A stretch of 60,688 nucleotides of DNA, counting the filler, from Sphacelaria rigidula (lineage: Eukaryota): assembly GCA_964200075.2 (NCBI GenBank). It is 9 parts of 9 records of this genome, joined end to end, with 100 filler letters (N's around TTAATTAATTAA, not from the genome) between each part and the next. Parts side by side here need not be neighbours in the genome. Positions count along the whole stretch, not along the records: positions 6,756 to 13,410 come from CAXNAA020018805.1; positions 13,511 to 20,164 come from CAXNAA020018806.1; positions 20,265 to 26,918 come from CAXNAA020018807.1; 6 more parts are not named here. The stretch is one strand, 5' to 3'. Positions within the stretch are counted from its first letter, which is position 1. The number at the start of each line of letters is the position of its first letter. Under the pieces are notes generated by a model. That model was not told where the DNA came from. It saw nothing but the letters and a program-made list of their open reading frames with translations, and did no database searches. Positions 12,748-26,656 of this stretch are shown piece after piece. The translations under genes and the position numbers were made by a program.

Positions 12748-12890
12748 CACACCCGGACAACAATTTACGTTGTCAGGAAGTGGATTGAGTGCAGTATTGA
12801 ATCCATCGTCTATTACAATGGACAGACTGTTGGATGCTGCACTCAGTGCAGTTCATGATAATCAATTGATTGTCTATTGTCCAGGGTTTC
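12748..12890. mobile_element. Degenerate copy of the CACACCCTG palindromic MITE
   Basis: cacacccggacaa...tctattgtccagggt; similar size (~140 bp) and central tctattacaatggaca; no TSD left. Confidence 0.55.
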
Positions 12891-13940
12891 CATGCTGTCG
12901 CCGAATCGGTGATAGAGTTGCGGAGCATTCGCAAAAAGAAGAGCATCGTTCCTGTTACGCTATTATATTGTAGATACAGATCCACAACACTGTCACCAAA
13001 AAGCCAATGTTCTTCTTCCTCACAGCTCCTATAGAGGTGGAAAATCGCGACAGAGTCTGTACGTCGACGGCACTGCCCTTGCTACAGAGAAAGAGTTGCC
13101 TCATAGAGCCGCATTACGCAGGTAGCCGCTGGTACACTTTACTTTATCCAAACCTTTTACCCATCCCCAGGTTACACAGACAGACAGTGGGTCATGTAGA
13201 CACAGCGGATATCAGGTTAGTGACACCGGTCCTAAGGCATAGCCAGGTTGATGACGCTTGTGAAATACAACGCAAATCCGGTGATCAACGTGTGCATCTG
13301 TAATCTGATGAATACTATACTCACGTTGTCAAGCTGCCTATAACAGTGTTTTCGTGAGATTGAGAGTAGATGATACGATTGAGAGTGGCTTTGATCATTC
13401 GCTTTTAGTGNNNNNNNNNNNNNNNNNNNNNNNNNNNNNNNNNNNNNNNNNNNNTTAATTAATTAANNNNNNNNNNNNNNNNNNNNNNNNNNNNNNNNNN
13501 NNNNNNNNNNGTTCGGTTTGGTTTTATTGTGGTTTTTTTTTGTTCCCCAAAGAGCCCACCCCCACCCACCCCCCCCCACAGGGGGGGGGGGGGGGGCATA
13601 TGCCTGCGGTGTGGAAATCGTACACAGCAACAAAATACGTGAAAAAATCTCGGAACACGGGTTGGGAGCAGACACCGCCGAGGACAGAACAGCCGGACGA
13701 TCTTCGCAGTGTAACGTTGATACGCTGCACATGACTTGACTTGGTGGGGTTGGCGTCGTTACCTCCACCCTTACAAGCTGTGCTGTACAGTTGTACAAGT
13801 TTTCATATGTGGAATGGACAGACAAAAAGATTAAATGTAACAAAAGAGGTGGAGAAACAAAAAACGAAAAAAATGGACAGATCGCCATATTGACGTGCAC
13901 ACGGCTGGATTGCCGGATAATAAGTTCATGTGAGACAATC

Positions 13941-14001
13941 CAACCAATGCAACCAATGCAACCAATGCAACCAATGCAACCAATGCAACCAATGCAACCA
14001 A
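13941..14001. repeat. (CAACCAATG)n 9-mer repeat followed by a degenerate (TCAA)n tract to ~14170
   Basis: Six perfect 9-mer units read directly. Confidence 0.95.
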
Positions 14002-14441
14002 CCCAGTCAATGAAATAATGAAGTATTGAATAAATCAATCAATGAACCAATGAATGAATCGATCATCGAATCAATAAATCTATCAATGAATCACTGAATC
14101 GATCAATAAATCGATAAATTGATCAGTGAATCAATGAATCGACCAATCAATCAACCGACCAATCGATCAGACCAGTCATCAATGCTTGCACAGAAGCACT
14201 ACAAAACACCCACAACAGCCAAGATGGACTCATGTCTCCAATTCCTCCCCGAAAGTGTCGTACTTATTTCAAACATTCGTCCGCCTACTGTATCATCAAA
14301 CTGCTTTTGGGCTACTGCGCAGGCTAGAAGCCATGGCAACTGGAGATATCCAACGACTCACCTCAGGCGCTTCATGGCACACCCGACATGAGCACCTAGG
14401 GTCTGATGCCTGCGGTGTTGGTGCCGAAAAAAAAAACAGTG

Positions 14442-14445
14442 GCAA

Positions 14446-14490
<45 letters not shown>
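14442..14490. repeat. (CAGCAA)n microsatellite
   Basis: Read directly. Confidence 0.95.
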
Positions 14491-15174
14491 TTTCAACAGG
14501 TGAAGAAGAGGACAAGACGCTTTTGTTGCTCAACGATCGCACCATCCCTTAAATTCAGACCCGCGGTTAACCCTTAGACCGCGAGGGTACGACATCTGGT
14601 CATGCAGTTATATTTCAAGTGAAATTAACGTGTATTCAACAGATGACCTACGCTCGCCGTCAAAGGGCCAAGAGGAAGGAAATTGTAAGCAACAAAATGG
14701 ATCATGACGTCAACGGATAAATAAATGGATCGCGACAGGAAAAAACAGATTATGACACCAACGGGGCTAGGACTGAGGTTCAGCGGTGGGCTTCAACTTC
14801 ACACAAAACAGTATGTTAGTACAGGGATGAAGATATAGTCCGGCGTTACAATCTCGCGTCACCATGATGCTGGGGTTAGGCAAACCCTTAGCTACGAAGA
14901 AGCATTACACCATACACCCTTCAATCTGCCAATGCAAATAATCATTCTTCATTTCATTCAGAGTTCCAATGATTTTGCAGCAAATATCCGAAAAGCATCC
15001 GAAAGGGGCTAGTAAATCTCTGTTTTTGCTTGTAAGGCGTCTTGTGAGTTTTAATCTGGGTCTCTTTTGTTTTTGTGGGGGGGGGGGGTTGCTACCCTGT
15101 GACCACGGAAGGCGTCCGCATCAGATGCCGAGTACGAATGTACCGCGCAGGTATCGGAACGGTAACTAATGTGA

Positions 15175-15175
<1 letters not shown>

Positions 15176-15216
<41 letters not shown>
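15176..15216. repeat. (CAA)n microsatellite
   Basis: Read directly. Confidence 0.95.
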
Positions 15217-16350
15217 ATCCGCGGGTTTTGAAGCTTCCAACGGTTTGTCGGATAGGGTGCTTTCTACATCTGGGCATCGTACAAATTCAAGCACCCAAAA
15301 CTTGGATGGAGTATCGAGATCGTACACAAAAATAAAAACCAGGTTTGGGGTGGAGCATTGCGCTCATACCTAACCATGCTCGATATTTGGGTAGAATTTG
15401 GAGATCGGACCATCACAACACAAAATTCTGGAGATGAAATACCCGGGTATTTACCCTACCCAACATACCCTTGGAAGGTTCTGGCACTGAGAGGGAAGTG
15501 CACTGAACAAGGTTAGAACTTATGCATTGGCGGGTTGATTGATTGTCACACATTAACTGATCCTTGGGGGATCCAATCGTGATCATTGTACACAACACGG
15601 ACTTCCAAGGTGAACAAAACTGACATATCCGCCGGAGGACACTCGCCAAAGGGAAAAACGGCAAAGAAAAAAAGAGCAACCGGAGTGAACTGAACAAAAA
15701 CAAGGGACGAACAGAGAAGGGGAAGGGGGGGGGGGGAGGAGAGATAACGGCGCGCAGTCAAGTCACCACCGGTTGGATTAGATTGTAAAACCGAGGTCAT
15801 TCAGCTGGTGAGAAATCGACTGCTGTCGCGATAGACTTGCGAAGAAAAAAAATCGGTAAGAAAAACGCACAAGGAAAAATACTACCAGAAACATTATGAA
15901 AGATGTGAGAAGGTCAAGACACGCAAGAACAGAAAAATGACAAAAAATCATCATGAAAAAATGAGCACGAAAAAAACAAAGCATGAATAATGACATGGTT
16001 CAACGATGCAAGGCACGCACCAGCGAGATAAAATTACCCAACACATGATAACCTCATAATCTTTGGTGAAGAGACTTTTCGCTTCCATGAACAGGGCGCT
16101 CTTCGAGAGCTACAGGGCCAGACAAAGAACTCATGGCGCACGAGCGACTAGAAAACGAATTGCACCGTTCGAACGACATTTACAACACGGAGTAGGCACA
16201 AATGAACAGCATGGACAGCATACCAATGTGGCTATGCCGCGGCTAGGGGCTCGGAGAGAACAAACTGGGGCATTTTTCGGGACCCGCAATATTTTCTACC
16301 ATCATGCTCCAAGCATGGTGCATCCAGCACACGCTCAGTACCTCTATTAC

Positions 16351-17177
16351 CTCCAGAACCTCTTCCTTCTCTTCACCGTCATCGCTCGTCGTGGGCCAAG
16401 GGTCCGTCGCCGCTTGAATCACGCCGTGCCAATCTTGAGAAAACCTGAGCCATCACACCGTGTGTAGTGTGCGCGCGTGCGGGCGGGGAGGAGGGGGGGG
16501 GGGAGGGGGGGTGAGATTCTCTCATCGGAAACTTCGACGATACAACAAGCATGTGTTTTAAAGGAAAGTACTCACAAATTCCCCGCATATTGTATCTAGT
16601 AACTTTGCCCACCGCCCCCCCAATTAATACAGACTGATTGCTGTTGGTCACTACACGATACTGCAGTTGAACGTTCGTTTGATATTCGATACTTTGAGCC
16701 GTACTTGAACAGTTCACAAACATGTCCACGCAAGCTTATAGCCCTCCCTCCCCGATCCTTCCCTCCTTCCCCCGCACCCCCACGAGACTGAACCTTTCGC
16801 TCTACTCTCGCGTTTACAGACTAACCACTAATTCCATAACAGCGGTGACACGGTGTTGGCCCAACGAGCCGCTTCGAGACGATGCTTCAGGTAGCAAAAA
16901 TCACAACAATCGCACGGCACACGAACCCCTCTCGCTTAGGAAGTTCCCCCTCCTTCCCAATCGTGGGATGGCTCACCCGGGAGAGAGATTGTCCAGCTGT
17001 TGCTCAGCATCGTCTTGCCGGCTGCTGTTGCGACCTGTCGCTGCAGTCGTACCGCCACTGATGCCGTGTCTGCGGCTGTTTCGCAAGATGTCGGCACTGG
17101 TGTGGTCCTCGTCTGTTGAAAAGTCCCGCACTCGCATGAGCTCGTCATCATCAGGATCGAGCATGTCCACCAGTCGC
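16351..17177 (-). CDS. Uncharacterised acidic protein, partial; exons 17177-16977 and 16444-16351; possible last exon ending at TAA 15778
   Basis: Polypyrimidine + cag acceptor for the first exon, cag for the second; donors gtgag and gtaat; phase-compatible peptide RLVDMLDPDDDELMRVRDF...NLSPG|FSQDWHGVIQAATDPWPTTSDDGEEKEEVLE; no family recognised. Confidence 0.55.
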
Positions 17178-19649
17178 CTGAACTCAAAACCAAAAGAAAA
17201 ACGCAAATGTTTTGGGAGTCATGTTGCATACTGCTCGCACAGGGGTGGCCATCCTCGTGTCTTCTCAAGTATCATATTTGCGTTGAGGTCATGATTCTCC
17301 ATCGGAAGATCGAGCATACTTTCACCCACTCACTCTCCATTTGGGCAAAATAGAAAAATCAGTAGTGGTATTTCCACGTAAGGAAGTGCGTTCGAAATGT
17401 GTGAGGAGTCTTTTAGATACACGCAGCCACCGAGCAACAAACGAAGTTTCCAACAGCCGAATCAAGGGGAGCCTGCGCAACATACTACCGCATTCGCATG
17501 ACGCCATCACCGGCCGAGGAAAGAGGGAAGGGGTCGGATGTACACACTATCTGCTGCTCAAGTGAAAATACTCACTGTGTACTGCCACACTTCGCGCTAC
17601 GTACCACGTGGGCCAGGCGGGCAACGGTACGCCACGCACACTATGGCAAGTCGCTGTGCAGGCAGGAAGTACACTTGGACATATGTATCAAAAACCTCGC
17701 CCTTTGCAAGAACTAAACAACACAAGAAACAAATCAAGCCCCACAGGACACGACGCGACATGTTTCACACAATGTTCTGCAGAGAAAAAAAAGCAAACGC
17801 AGGCGAACCGACTGGCAGGTACTACAACATGTAACACTCACGCAAGTCCTCTTTCGTGTCCACCAAACGCCGGAGGCAGCGCGTTCGCTCCACCTCTGTT
17901 CGGCCCCTGATAGTGTTGCTGCAATGTTTCAAAACCAAAAAAACAGAACATGGAATACATCGAGCCGCGGAAGCATGACACGCAAAACACACAAACAAAT
18001 GAGTGAAAAGAGAAAAGTGAATACGACTGATTGATTTTGATTTGATTGATCGCCGCACTTCAACTGACCCCCCAGGGATCCAGCCGTGTTCACGTAATAT
18101 ACGTACCAAAGACAAAACAAAGCTGAAACACTCGCTGGAGAAATGAGCACCCGACGCAAGATTCGAAAAGCGTATGTAATGAGCGGACAACATCGAACGA
18201 TATACTGCTTCACCGGCCTTTGGGGGTCCGACAAGTGTACAGCCACCGGTTCTCGCTCCTCGATAGTTTCGCTCGATCGAACCGATCCGGATCGTTAAAA
18301 AGAACACCTGTATGCCTTCAGTTCCTCTATGTTCTCGATATTCAATGCGCAACAGCCAAAAAAACTTGTTTTTGGGCCAGACACGTTCAATAACATACCC
18401 TCGATCAAAAGTTTTTTTCTCTGTATCGCTCCGGCAATACGAAAGTGTGAAACGTGTCCTGAGGGCGACCTGCTCCCTTTTTAAACGCCTACCGACCCTC
18501 AAACTCTTGAGTCAAGGTGACAAATTGTCCATCTGAAATTATCGATTGCGTGATCATCATGTTCAAAGTTCGACTACTGTTATGCCCGTGAACGGGGCCC
18601 GATTTTGGGCATCATATATCAGGAAAAATGGACCGACCAACTATATCGTCAATTGAATGCAGAAGAAATGGAACCCGAATGAGCCAATCAGCATCATCAC
18701 AAGTACACGCATCACTCGAAATGACGACGACGCTCATCCAAAATGTACTATTACCATAGTACACTCTTACAACAAACCTGTGACTGACATTGATGTACCC
18801 CTGTACACAGGGTTACAACAACAGGAGCATAGAAGCTGCTGCTCGTGTTGTTGTTGTGCCTATCGTTCAAGTCAGTTTTCTCGGCAACGGAGCAGAGGAT
18901 TGCACTACGGTTTGATGCGTGCGCTTCCCACACGCCAGGACTGGTCAGTGTGGCGGCGGGTTTCCGTAACGCGTGCCGCAGAGGCCGCAGCACTTCGCAA
19001 ACCGCTGCACCAAACACAAAATGTACTTGGAAACGCGTCTCCTTCAACGTTCTGGGGCTTTTCGGATCCGCTGTGGCGAAATGAGCAACTCGAGCAACCC
19101 TGCCGCTACACTGAACAGGTGTGGTGTGTGTGCGCGGGGCTGCCAAGTGCCACAGGCCGGTTTGCTTCCCATCTCGAGAAAAACGCGATGAAAAACATTA
19201 CAGCTGTCGCAAACCAAACCTAGGTAACTCAAGAGTACCGTGTACTCTGTTCGGCAGAGGTTCGGCACAGGTCCGACCAGTCCATGACGTCTTCCTTAGG
19301 CCAACTCTTATGGGAGCGTTTGAAATTTTATTATGCAACGATTTCAGAGGAGTTTTTTTTTTTTTTTTTTTATTTTGTTGTTCGGTCACAAAATACGCCT
19401 GCAGCGAAAAAGAAAAAGTCGTTGAAGACTATTGCAAAAAAAAAATACAAACGCTCCCATAAGCGTTGGCCTTATTCCTCATTATTCCTCTCCGTTTATT
19501 TTCATTCTTTTTTGCCCACGGATTCCTGGTCGCTAGGGCCTTCACTCACGGGCATAACTGTACCGCATTTTCTCCCTCATGACATACGACAGCAAGCCGG
19601 AACCGTTCTTCACTCTGGATCGCCTTCAGTGAGCACGGGCCAAACAAGT

Positions 19650-19980
19650 TTATTATTTAGTTTGGTTTTATTCGTCGCACTTGAACTTCCCCTCTTTTTC
19701 GGAAAGAGTCCGTGCTCTCAAGCAATCAACCCATCTCTCCCCGCTTTAGTACACGACTTCGCATTTTGGTCTCGCGGATTGGGTCAGCACTACTTGTACT
19801 AGTCCCGCACCGCGTCAATTTCGCCAAACAAACTCAGTCACCTACTTCTTCTTTACTCACGTACGAACGCTTTCGACGGGGGAAATCAGATACTTGGAAG
19901 GAAAAACCCACCGCATCGGGGAACAAATCCACGTTCTCTCCACCCTAGTGGTGACAGTCCGACCATTGGATCCCCGGTGC
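19650..19980 (-). mobile_element. tRNA-derived SINE family copy
   Basis: Aligns with 57385-57693 along its length (tcccgcaccgcgtcaatt, tttactcacgt, cgcatcggg, tctccaccc, gaccatt); A-rich tail. Confidence 0.75.
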
Positions 19981-20716
19981 GCGGCGGCGAAGCTAGAAAT
20001 CAATATTTTCGTCGTATCATACTTTGATACGAGAAATGACCACAAATCGGCGAATGTGCAAATCTGCTGACAATTGGGGGGGGGGGGGGGGGCGCCACAG
20101 AAGCGGAGGGGGGTGGGGGGGGGGGGGGGGGGAGATCTGGGGGGGGGCGCTATCATAAAAAAAANNNNNNNNNNNNNNNNNNNNNNNNNNNNNNNNNNNN
20201 NNNNNNNNTTAATTAATTAANNNNNNNNNNNNNNNNNNNNNNNNNNNNNNNNNNNNNNNNNNNNGTCCGGCGAAAACCCGGCGTGCTCCGTCCTGGCATT
20301 GCAGGGATGCGAGGTCAATGGTCTTATGACTATGGCATGCATGATCATGAGTACACCCCCAAACCAGCCCCAAAACTGCCCGAACAAAATGGCTACACAG
20401 CACATGCAGGCTTGTTTCAGACTGCATGGAGCGCTTCATATGGGCGACATTGGCGAAAAAGATCCAAGACGTGCGAGTTTCAAGCTCCTCGGTTTTCTTA
20501 GCCTTTGCTATTTTGATTCGTATGAAGATTTTGCCTCCTTCAAACCAGCCATTGTCGGGGGGAGGGGGGCTATCGCGGCATCAGTCGGGTATCTAGAATT
20601 TCTCATGTATGTAATGTCTCCTATACATGCTGTTCCGCCTGCATCCCGCTCCTTGTCCCCGCCCCGATACAAAAGTGCACATGCACGGGCCCTTGGATCA
20701 TGACACACGCACGTAC

Positions 20717-23700
20717 CTTCTCGCTCGTTGCAAGTACATCTCGGAATGCCTCTCTCACGTCCAGGGGCATCTGCTTCGCCGAACCAGACACGAGCACGTT
20801 CGCTCCCAGATCCACAATCAAGCGCGACAGCGTTTTCCCCTGCTCTCGTATCCGCCGCTGCACATACACGCGCCCACCCCTCGGGTCCGGGTTTTGCCTA
20901 GAAAACGCTACGTGAAGGGCAAGGTCTCCATCGCCCACCATCGCATTCCAGTCGTGTCCGTAAAGGAAGTCCTTTTCTTGATATCTTGAGATAAAAAAAA
21001 GTGGCCGCGAAGTCAAAGTGCATTACGTTACATATCCTGACATGCAGTTGCACGGTGGGCACGCGTCCGAACATGACTCGCGGTGCTGTAACAACCATCG
21101 AGTGAATTGCAACGAACATAACGGCTGAAACGGTAGCAGGAAAGCAGATAAAGGCCGCAGACGCCTCAGGTGCTTGCGTCATTTCCCCCTTCCTGAAGCA
21201 CCCGCCGCCTCAGCACCAAATTCGCTTACCTGCACCCAAAAAATAACATATCAGGCGCTGTAGAACATTCGGTTCCACTCCTTCCCGGCTTTCCCTCATC
21301 AATTTCGAGGCCATCGCCACTTGGACGCACGGACATACCCACATCCAACCCCGAGTTCAGCGATTCCCGGCGTTGATATCGCCTCTCCAAAATCACGCTG
21401 CGCATCGGCGCAATCCCTGTGCCCGGCCCCACCATAATTAGGGGGTGATGCGGCAGCTCGGGCAGCTTAAACGTCCCGGGTCGTATAGACAGGGGGATTT
21501 CCGCGCCCGGCTTGAGCGACGCCAACCAAGAAGAGCACACCCCTGTTCGTGCTCTCTTGTACGGCGTGCTGGGAGGATAGTGACAGGGGGAAGGGGAGGG
21601 GGGATTGATTGCCTTGGTGACACTGAACGTTCGATCGAAATGTGCCAAGACCAGCATCATCGCTTTTTTGCGGCGAGGCAAGTAGAGCTCGGTCATGCAG
21701 GGACGACAGCAAGACATCCCAGGAACCGAACCCGGCCGGACTTGACACAAAATGCAGGGGTGTGCACGGGACGCATGACCCACGGGATACAAGAACAGGC
21801 GCACGAAAACAAAGCATCTTGTATCTCACGCCGTGACCTCGGTCTGCGTAGAACCCGAGAGGGACGACGTGACCTGGGACACTTCGCGAGGCTGATATAT
21901 CCACCATACGTCATAAGCTGGAGGGCGTTGCAGCTACATGTCAAAATAAAGCACTTACCGAAAGGCCACCACCGCAACACAGAGATGTAACCTTGACGGC
22001 GTCTCTAATCTGGAAGACGCGATCGAAAATCCTCGCGGCCGTAGCCTCGGAATGAGCTCCAATAATCTCTCGACGGGTACATTGCACGACGGGAAATCCC
22101 CCAGCACTTCCACGTAGCTCCGCTTTTCCCTCGTCGCATATTCGTACAGCAAGTCGGCCCCCTCTGGCGATGCTAGCTCGAGTAGTTTATGGCGCTCCTC
22201 TTCGGCAGTAGCAAACAGCGACAACGCCTCAAAAAAGGCACGCCGCGGTGTCCCCAGAATGTCCAGCACTTGGGTCAGTAGGCTCTGCAACGAAAGTACC
22301 GGGGGCAAAAAAAAGGGAGCACCTCTCTTCCCCGCAAACCCATGTTCTCCATGCTGCGGATGCTGTTCAGATAACACAGAACCATCAACTTTATCGTCTC
22401 CACCTTCCTCTCCCGGGAAATGGTCGGCGCCGTTTACGTTACCGCCAAGTACAGCGTTCTCTTTGCACTCCTGTGCCGATGAACCTCCCTGATGCACGGA
22501 CGAAACCGGAGCAATCCGTACGATCTCGTCAAGCTGTAGATGCATCATGCCTGCCAGCGCCTCGACGGCAGATTGTTCATTACACGGGTGAACCCACGCT
22601 ACATCCCCCGCCCCGTAATATCCCCCCCCCGGTACCCCCGAAACGTCAATCTCGAAGTGGCGCACGTCTTGAAAATGATCTTCCGCGGTTAGCCTGCGAT
22701 TTACCAACAGACGCCCTGCGCTTGGAGCACCACCGGGGTGATTGCTACGCCCTCTCGGCGGAGCAATTGACGTCCAAAACTCTTTCATTCCCCTCCGTAT
22801 TTCTGCCTCAAGCCCCCCGGGTGTGCCATCCTGTTCAGGCGATCTCATGGTGCTTGTCGTGTATTTTCCCATCGATTTCACGGCGAAGGCTGGAGGCTCC
22901 AGCCTCGGAGTGTCATCAACTACGGTACCTTTCGGCAAGGGTTTCAGTTGTAACAGACTGGTCCAGAGGGAGGTCAACCAGGGATCGAGGTCACCCCACA
23001 TTCCGTGCGGGCTCTGATCGTCACCTAGGCCTCGTGAAACCTGCTTGAAAAAACGAAAAAACGGGGGGAAATCGGTGTGTATCTTGAATGCGACAATACA
23101 TGTGTCGGAAGACGTGAAAGCGAACTCAGCATTATCGTCGACACCATTGGTGCGGTGCGTAAAGCCATGCAGAGGCAAATGAGAGGAAGGTCGGTCCGCG
23201 CCACCTGAGAGTGACAGGCAACCCCGCAATCATCACGCTACGCAGGCACACGCATCAACAAAACAGATGCCTCTGCTTCACATGCTGTTCACACCTCACT
23301 AAGATCACGATCGACCCGTGGGCGAAGGGGAAAAAAATAAAACGAACAAGGAGCACTCGAGATTGAGGAAGTACTCACGAGCTCGGCTGCTCCGAGCTGC
23401 AGCAACCTTGCGTGCAATTTTCTTGCGGCAGCGTTGTATTTAGCGTACCCGCTGTCTCCTAAGCCGAAGACCGCAAACCGCATGCCCTCAAGCGAGTCCG
23501 ACGGTAAACCTCTGAGAAAATATATCCGCGTACGAACGCGCGCACGTAATGTACAACAAAGGAAAGGGATACCCGTCCTTGATCAGGACAGCAACTTATG
23601 CTTCGCTGCCACGGCTTAACCCAACACACAAGCGGCCAAACCACATTCGGTGACAGGGACACTGGCTACCTGGTGAGGGTGAAAAACATTAAGGGCTGGG

Positions 23701-24348
23701 TGACATCCCCCGACGTCATTCCGATCGTGATGCGACGGGAAAATAGCGGGCGCCGGGTATTTGAAATAGACACAACTTTCAGGTTAACCCTTTTTTGGAC
23801 CGGATTCCCTAAAACATGTGGTTTGCACGCAAAGGTCTGTTTGTGAATCGGCATCATTTTCATTCGCTGTCAAGTTCAAATGACGTCGGTTCACGGAAAT
23901 GTCCCTGCGTGTAAACCACATGTTTCTTGGGGTCCGGTCCCAGAAGGATGGATCAAACCCAACTGCTTCTTGGGTACGTCTATCATGAGACCACGGGTAG
24001 ACCCCCGGGGGGTCAGTTAAAGTGCGACAATCAATCAATCAATCAATCAACTGCCGTTGCGAATGATTTAGGCGTTATTGGATCGTCCTCTCTCCCTGTC
24101 TGCACATCGAGCCATGAACGCGACTAGTTGACCGGTACAAAAGACTACCAACCGAGGGTATACCTTCGCAGCAGAAACCTCCAGAACGCTGACATGTTGT
24201 CGGGCACCTCTCCATCGCCGGTGGTGCTCACCACGAAAACACACAGGGAAGATTCGAATATCTCCGAAACGGGCACAGAGTCCAGCGACATCGGCCAAGC
24301 GTTGAACCCGCGCCTACGTGCCTTACCCGCGATGTACTCGGCAACTTC
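20717..24348 (-). CDS. NDOR1: NADPH-dependent diflavin oxidoreductase 1 (NDOR1/Tah18), partial; exons 24348-24164, 23511-23379, 23040-21959, 21568-21230, 20984-20717; first and last exons not found in the contig
   Basis: Flavodoxin domain FVVSTTGDGEVPDNMSAFWRFLLR and FAVFGLGDSGYAKYNAAARKL, GLGDDQ; FAD-binding region NRRLTAEDHFQDVRH and PRLRPRGFSIASS; NADPH-binding region MVGPGTGIAPMRS, FFGCR, AFSR, VYVQ, VSGSAKQMPLDV; all junctions GT-AG and in phase. Confidence 0.93.
23967..24047 (+). mobile_element. 5'-truncated non-LTR retroposon 3' end with (TCAA)n tail; other copies 35620-35712 (-), 15533-15605 (-), 18027-18108 (-)
   Basis: Shared motif ttggg.acg.ctatcatgagaccacgg...gacccc.gg.gggtca.t.aaagtgcgac(aatc)n; this copy is flanked by a 7-bp direct repeat CAACTGC (23960-23966, 24048-24054). 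Confidence 0.75.
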
Positions 24349-26656
24349 CTGTTCGTCATGGTTGTTGAATTCCAAATTCATGAGAAGGTCGATGTTACCC
24401 TTCGGTTGCGATGCATGTGGTCGCCTTCGCAGTAGTTCTCGTAAAAGTAATTCTGGTGTTCTGGTAGATGCGGTACAAGACAGCCTGTCATATCAAGCTC
24501 ATCTGGTGGAAGGCCACAAGCTGATTCCGCCAACGAGCATGAAAAGGTGCCCCTGAGTATATCTCAAGGTATACGAGTTGTGGACACTTGAACATATCTT
24601 CCTGATGATACTCATATGGTGACACGAGCAAAACGCCTCGGTCGGATTTGCGCTGCGGGTCGCTGATTTGTCGGGAACCAACGAATTGAGATAAAACGCT
24701 GACGATTACAGTCGGTTTGTACACAAAAGGTCAACATATTCCAAACGCCGGCTGCTTGTGCTTCTCTTTCATCTCCTTCTCCGTATGCGTAGCGGAGCGC
24801 GGTTCGCACTATTGCAGACGTGCGTGCGGTACAAATGCAAAGGTCGCCACTGCTTCTTATTTTATATTCGATGGAGTTCGCTTAGATGAAGTGAGTAGTA
24901 GACAGCAATCGACAGAAGGCGGAGTACACGGTAGTCTTGTCCCGAGCAGTGCAAGGAACACCGCCTTCTGGGGTTGGGGATAAGGTTGGTAGAGCGGGGA
25001 AATCAAGCTGCGGCACGCACACCGCCGCGCGAGTGGAGCCATTGCCGATTCCTGCGCCGAACAGAGGATATACTTGTGATACTGTCATTGTTTAGTTGTG
25101 GCAATGTTTGCGCCGGTTACCAGCGTTGCTCACTTTTTTTCAAACCACTCCCAAATACAATCCACGGTGGGATCAGTAGACACGATGAAGCGTGAACGCA
25201 CGGTCACGTTGGCCTCGAACTACAGATCATCTTCATGGCTACCTCCTTCAAGCACTCCAGCTAAATAATACCTATTGCGGCGCACAAGTTGACAACCGGT
25301 ATTTCCCACCCGCTGGCAAAACAGATATCCATATTGTACAAACGCAATGGCCATTTTCCATGCTGGAATCCAAAACGCGATTGCACATAACCCACGCTGT
25401 ACTGCGTAACACACGCTGTCACTCAGCTCTCAAGTTAGGCATGCTAACGGCTAATCGTTTGAGACCACGATTTCGATCGAAGCCTAACAAACTAATGTGA
25501 CTTTTTGCAGCTCATGATTTTGAGTTCGCCCCTAGAAATTTTGTATCACGTTGAAGCTTGATTCACTGGTATGCTTGTGTCTTCGCTATACTTGGCAAGT
25601 TGAGTTGTGGCATTAGGCGCTGTTTGAGTATAAATATCAACTTTGTACCGGGTGTTCGAGCATAGAAGATGGGGCCGAAACATTCACTACAGGAGCCAAA
25701 GCTCACAGCGGCTTCGTCGCATACATGTCTCGCTGGCGAATCCAAGCTCTCTGGACCTCATACTTCACCTTCGATGCACACATTTGCTGTACGTCGCATT
25801 CGAGGTGGATGTCACGCCATTTACATGCTTATTCGGAATGAAGACCTTGTTGACCAGCTACTTTTTCGTGTTCGACCCCAGCCAGCGCAACACCGTACAG
25901 TCAGTGCTGGATGTGGGCTGTATACTCAACCGAAGTAAAACCCCTTTCGACGCCCTGCTTTTTGCGAAGCCGACTAACTCTACCGCGGTTTTTTTCATCT
26001 GCGGCATGAACGTATTTCTGTAAAGTCTTCCGAAAAGCATTGCTCATCGTCTGCACCTCAAATGCCCATGTATTTTCATTCTTCCGGGAGACTTCATTGC
26101 GCAGGAGCTTTCTGCATTTGATGTCAGCACACGGGCATTAATGATGTAGCTGCCCAGGCCCAGTTCGTACTGCAGTCAAGTCAAAGTAGGATCTTTTGAG
26201 GCATCTTTTGCGGCACCTTCTCGACTTTCTACCGAGGCGCTAGGCTGACGAGGTATTGTAAATTCGCCGGGTTCTCGTCTCACCATTCAAATACTACGTA
26301 GTTTGATCGCCCCGTATTTTCCAGCGTCATTGCCAACCAACGACAACCCCGTACGAGCTGGGCCAGCCAACAATGGGAAGGTTTCTCGCTCAGGCGACGC
26401 ACGGCGTAAAATCAGGAGTTGGACGCTGAAATTTTGACAGCAGCTTATTATGATCGACGTGCAGAATATCACGTGAGCAGCAAAGGAAAAAAAAAACCGG
26501 AAGTTATGGGGATTTGAAATTTTAGCAAAAACAAGATAATGTCAGAAGACTGGATGTTATGGCAAACAGATTTTTGGCCCACGGATTGTTCGCTTTTGGG
26601 ACGTTTGACCCACCTTTTGATCTCCAAGCCAAGAAACCGCCAGCACACGTATCGGA

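Noticed and set aside
13463..14038. ORF with (GCI)n or (PMQ)n repeats
   Set aside because: Produced by the 9-mer repeat; no splice or homology support
14363..14410. 48-nt minus-strand exon candidate (ASDPRCSCRVCHEAPE or HQTLGAHVGCAMKRL)
   Set aside because: Good splice signals, but frame and parent gene cannot be fixed and it is too short to call a zinc finger
22248..23048. 266-aa plus-strand ORF
   Set aside because: Antisense shadow of the large NDOR1 exon
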